DNA from: Octopus sinensis
Taxonomy: Eukaryota
Direction: 5' to 3'
NCBI RefSeq assembly: GCF_006345805.1
Contig: NW_021828930.1
Location: 1-7,165 of the forward strand
Length of the DNA: 7,165 nucleotides
Shown here piece after piece: positions 6,150-7,165 of the stretch. A program made the position numbers and the translations under genes. The number at the start of each line of letters is the position of its first letter. Within the stretch, counting starts at the first letter, position 1. The notes beneath the pieces were generated by a model that was given only the letters and a program-made list of their open reading frames with translations, was not told where the DNA came from and did no database searches.

Positions 6150-7165
6150 ATGGAGCCTGTTGAGTGTCGAGCAGTGATCCGGTTTTGTATTTGAAAGGAC
6201 GCACACCACGGGAGACTTTTGATGAAAAGAAAGTAACTTATGGTGATGATGCCCCATCATATGACCTTGTAAAACGCTGGCATCGTGAATTCAAACATGG
6301 TCGGAACTCTGTGGAAACAGCTCCCAGATCTGGTCGCACCCCTTCTGCCATTGATGAGGCATCTGTCTGTCAAGTTGAGGCTGCTATTTTGGAAGATCGA
6401 CGCATAACTATTCGCCAAATAGCCCATGAGGTCAAGATTAGTACCGGGTCTGTGAAAACTATCATTCATGACCATTTGCATATGCAAAAGGTGTCTGCCA
6501 GATGGATTCCCAGGTTGCTCACACCTTTCCAGAAGCAAGAACGCGTCGATTGTTCGAGGATGAATTTGGAGATGTGCCAAGAAGATGAGTCAAAATTTTT
6601 CAAAAGTCTGATTGCATAGGATAAAACCTGGGTCCATCACTATGATCCAGAGACCAAATCCCAGTCAATGCAGTGGAAGCACCGTGACTCACCTCCTCCA
6701 AAGAAGGCAAGGGTGTAGCCCTCCGCTGGCAAGGTCATGCTTACAGTCTTCTGGGACCAGGACGGAGTAGTGAAGACAGATTTCCTGGCAAAGGGTGCCA
6801 CAATTACAGGAGTCTATTATGCTTCACTTTTGAGGAATTAAGAGAAGCTATCAATCAAGAGGCGGGGCAAGATCAGCAAAGGCATCCTCCTCCTGCAGGA
6901 CAACGCTCCGATCCACAACTCGCGTGTCGCCAGATCAGAAGCCAGGCGTGCGGCTATGAACTCATCCCCCATCCCCCTACTCTCCTGACCTTGCACTCTC
7001 TGATTTTCACCTCTTCCCAGCCATGAAGTTGTTTTTGAAAGGAGCGTTTCCCAGATGATGCAGCCTTGATTTCTGAAGTCACGTAGTGGTTGGAGGACCA
7101 AGCTGGGGTCTTCTACAAAAACGGTCTCAGAGCTGCATCAAACGATGGGAGAAAATGCGTAACTC
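6150..7165 (+). pseudogene. Mariner transposase pseudogene
   Basis: ATG at 6150 (MEPVECRAVIRF), -1 shift in the T run 6183-6186, HTH region to WIPRLL (WVPHEL equivalent). Then TAG 6617-6619, D1 in DKTWVHHYDPE (6620), TAG 6716-6718, KVMLTVFWD, D2 in LLLQDNAPIH (6899), and YSPDLALSDFHLF with D3 (7002). After correcting two -1 shifts, 34 residues separate D2 and D3. Further TAG at 7084-7086 and several 1-2 nt indels. Confidence 0.95.

Larger units (their letters stand above)
6058..7165 (+). mobile_element. Mariner (Tc1/mariner, DD34D) DNA transposon, decayed, right end outside window
   Basis: TA followed by the mariner-like terminus CGAGGGGCGTTCAATAAGTAATGC, then a short leader and the transposase pseudogene. 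Confidence 0.93.

Noticed and set aside
1-7165. CRISPR array, prokaryotic operon or rRNA
   Set aside because: No regularly spaced 25-45 bp repeats with unique spacers, no gene-dense coding, and no rRNA-like sequence; the composition is that of animal intergenic or intronic DNA.

Overview
Gene-free, repeat-dense eukaryotic DNA. The tRNA-derived SINE family and the long CA/GT, CT and ATC microsatellites resemble what I recall of octopus (cephalopod) genomes; that taxon call is inference, not a search result. No host protein-coding gene is supportable, and most ORFs in the track are microsatellite or LTR read-throughs. The main structure is a complete, apparently young 2756-bp LTR retroelement (2051-4806). 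It has two near-identical ~605-bp TGTA...TACA LTRs, a 4-bp AACG target-site duplication, a tRNA-Trp-like primer-binding site and a polypurine tract, but a 1.5-kb interior with no recognisable gag/pol, so it looks non-autonomous. It has inserted into and split a SINE whose empty site can be rebuilt from another copy in the window. The window also holds four more SINE copies or fragments and a decayed DD34D mariner transposon starting near 6058 that runs off the right edge.
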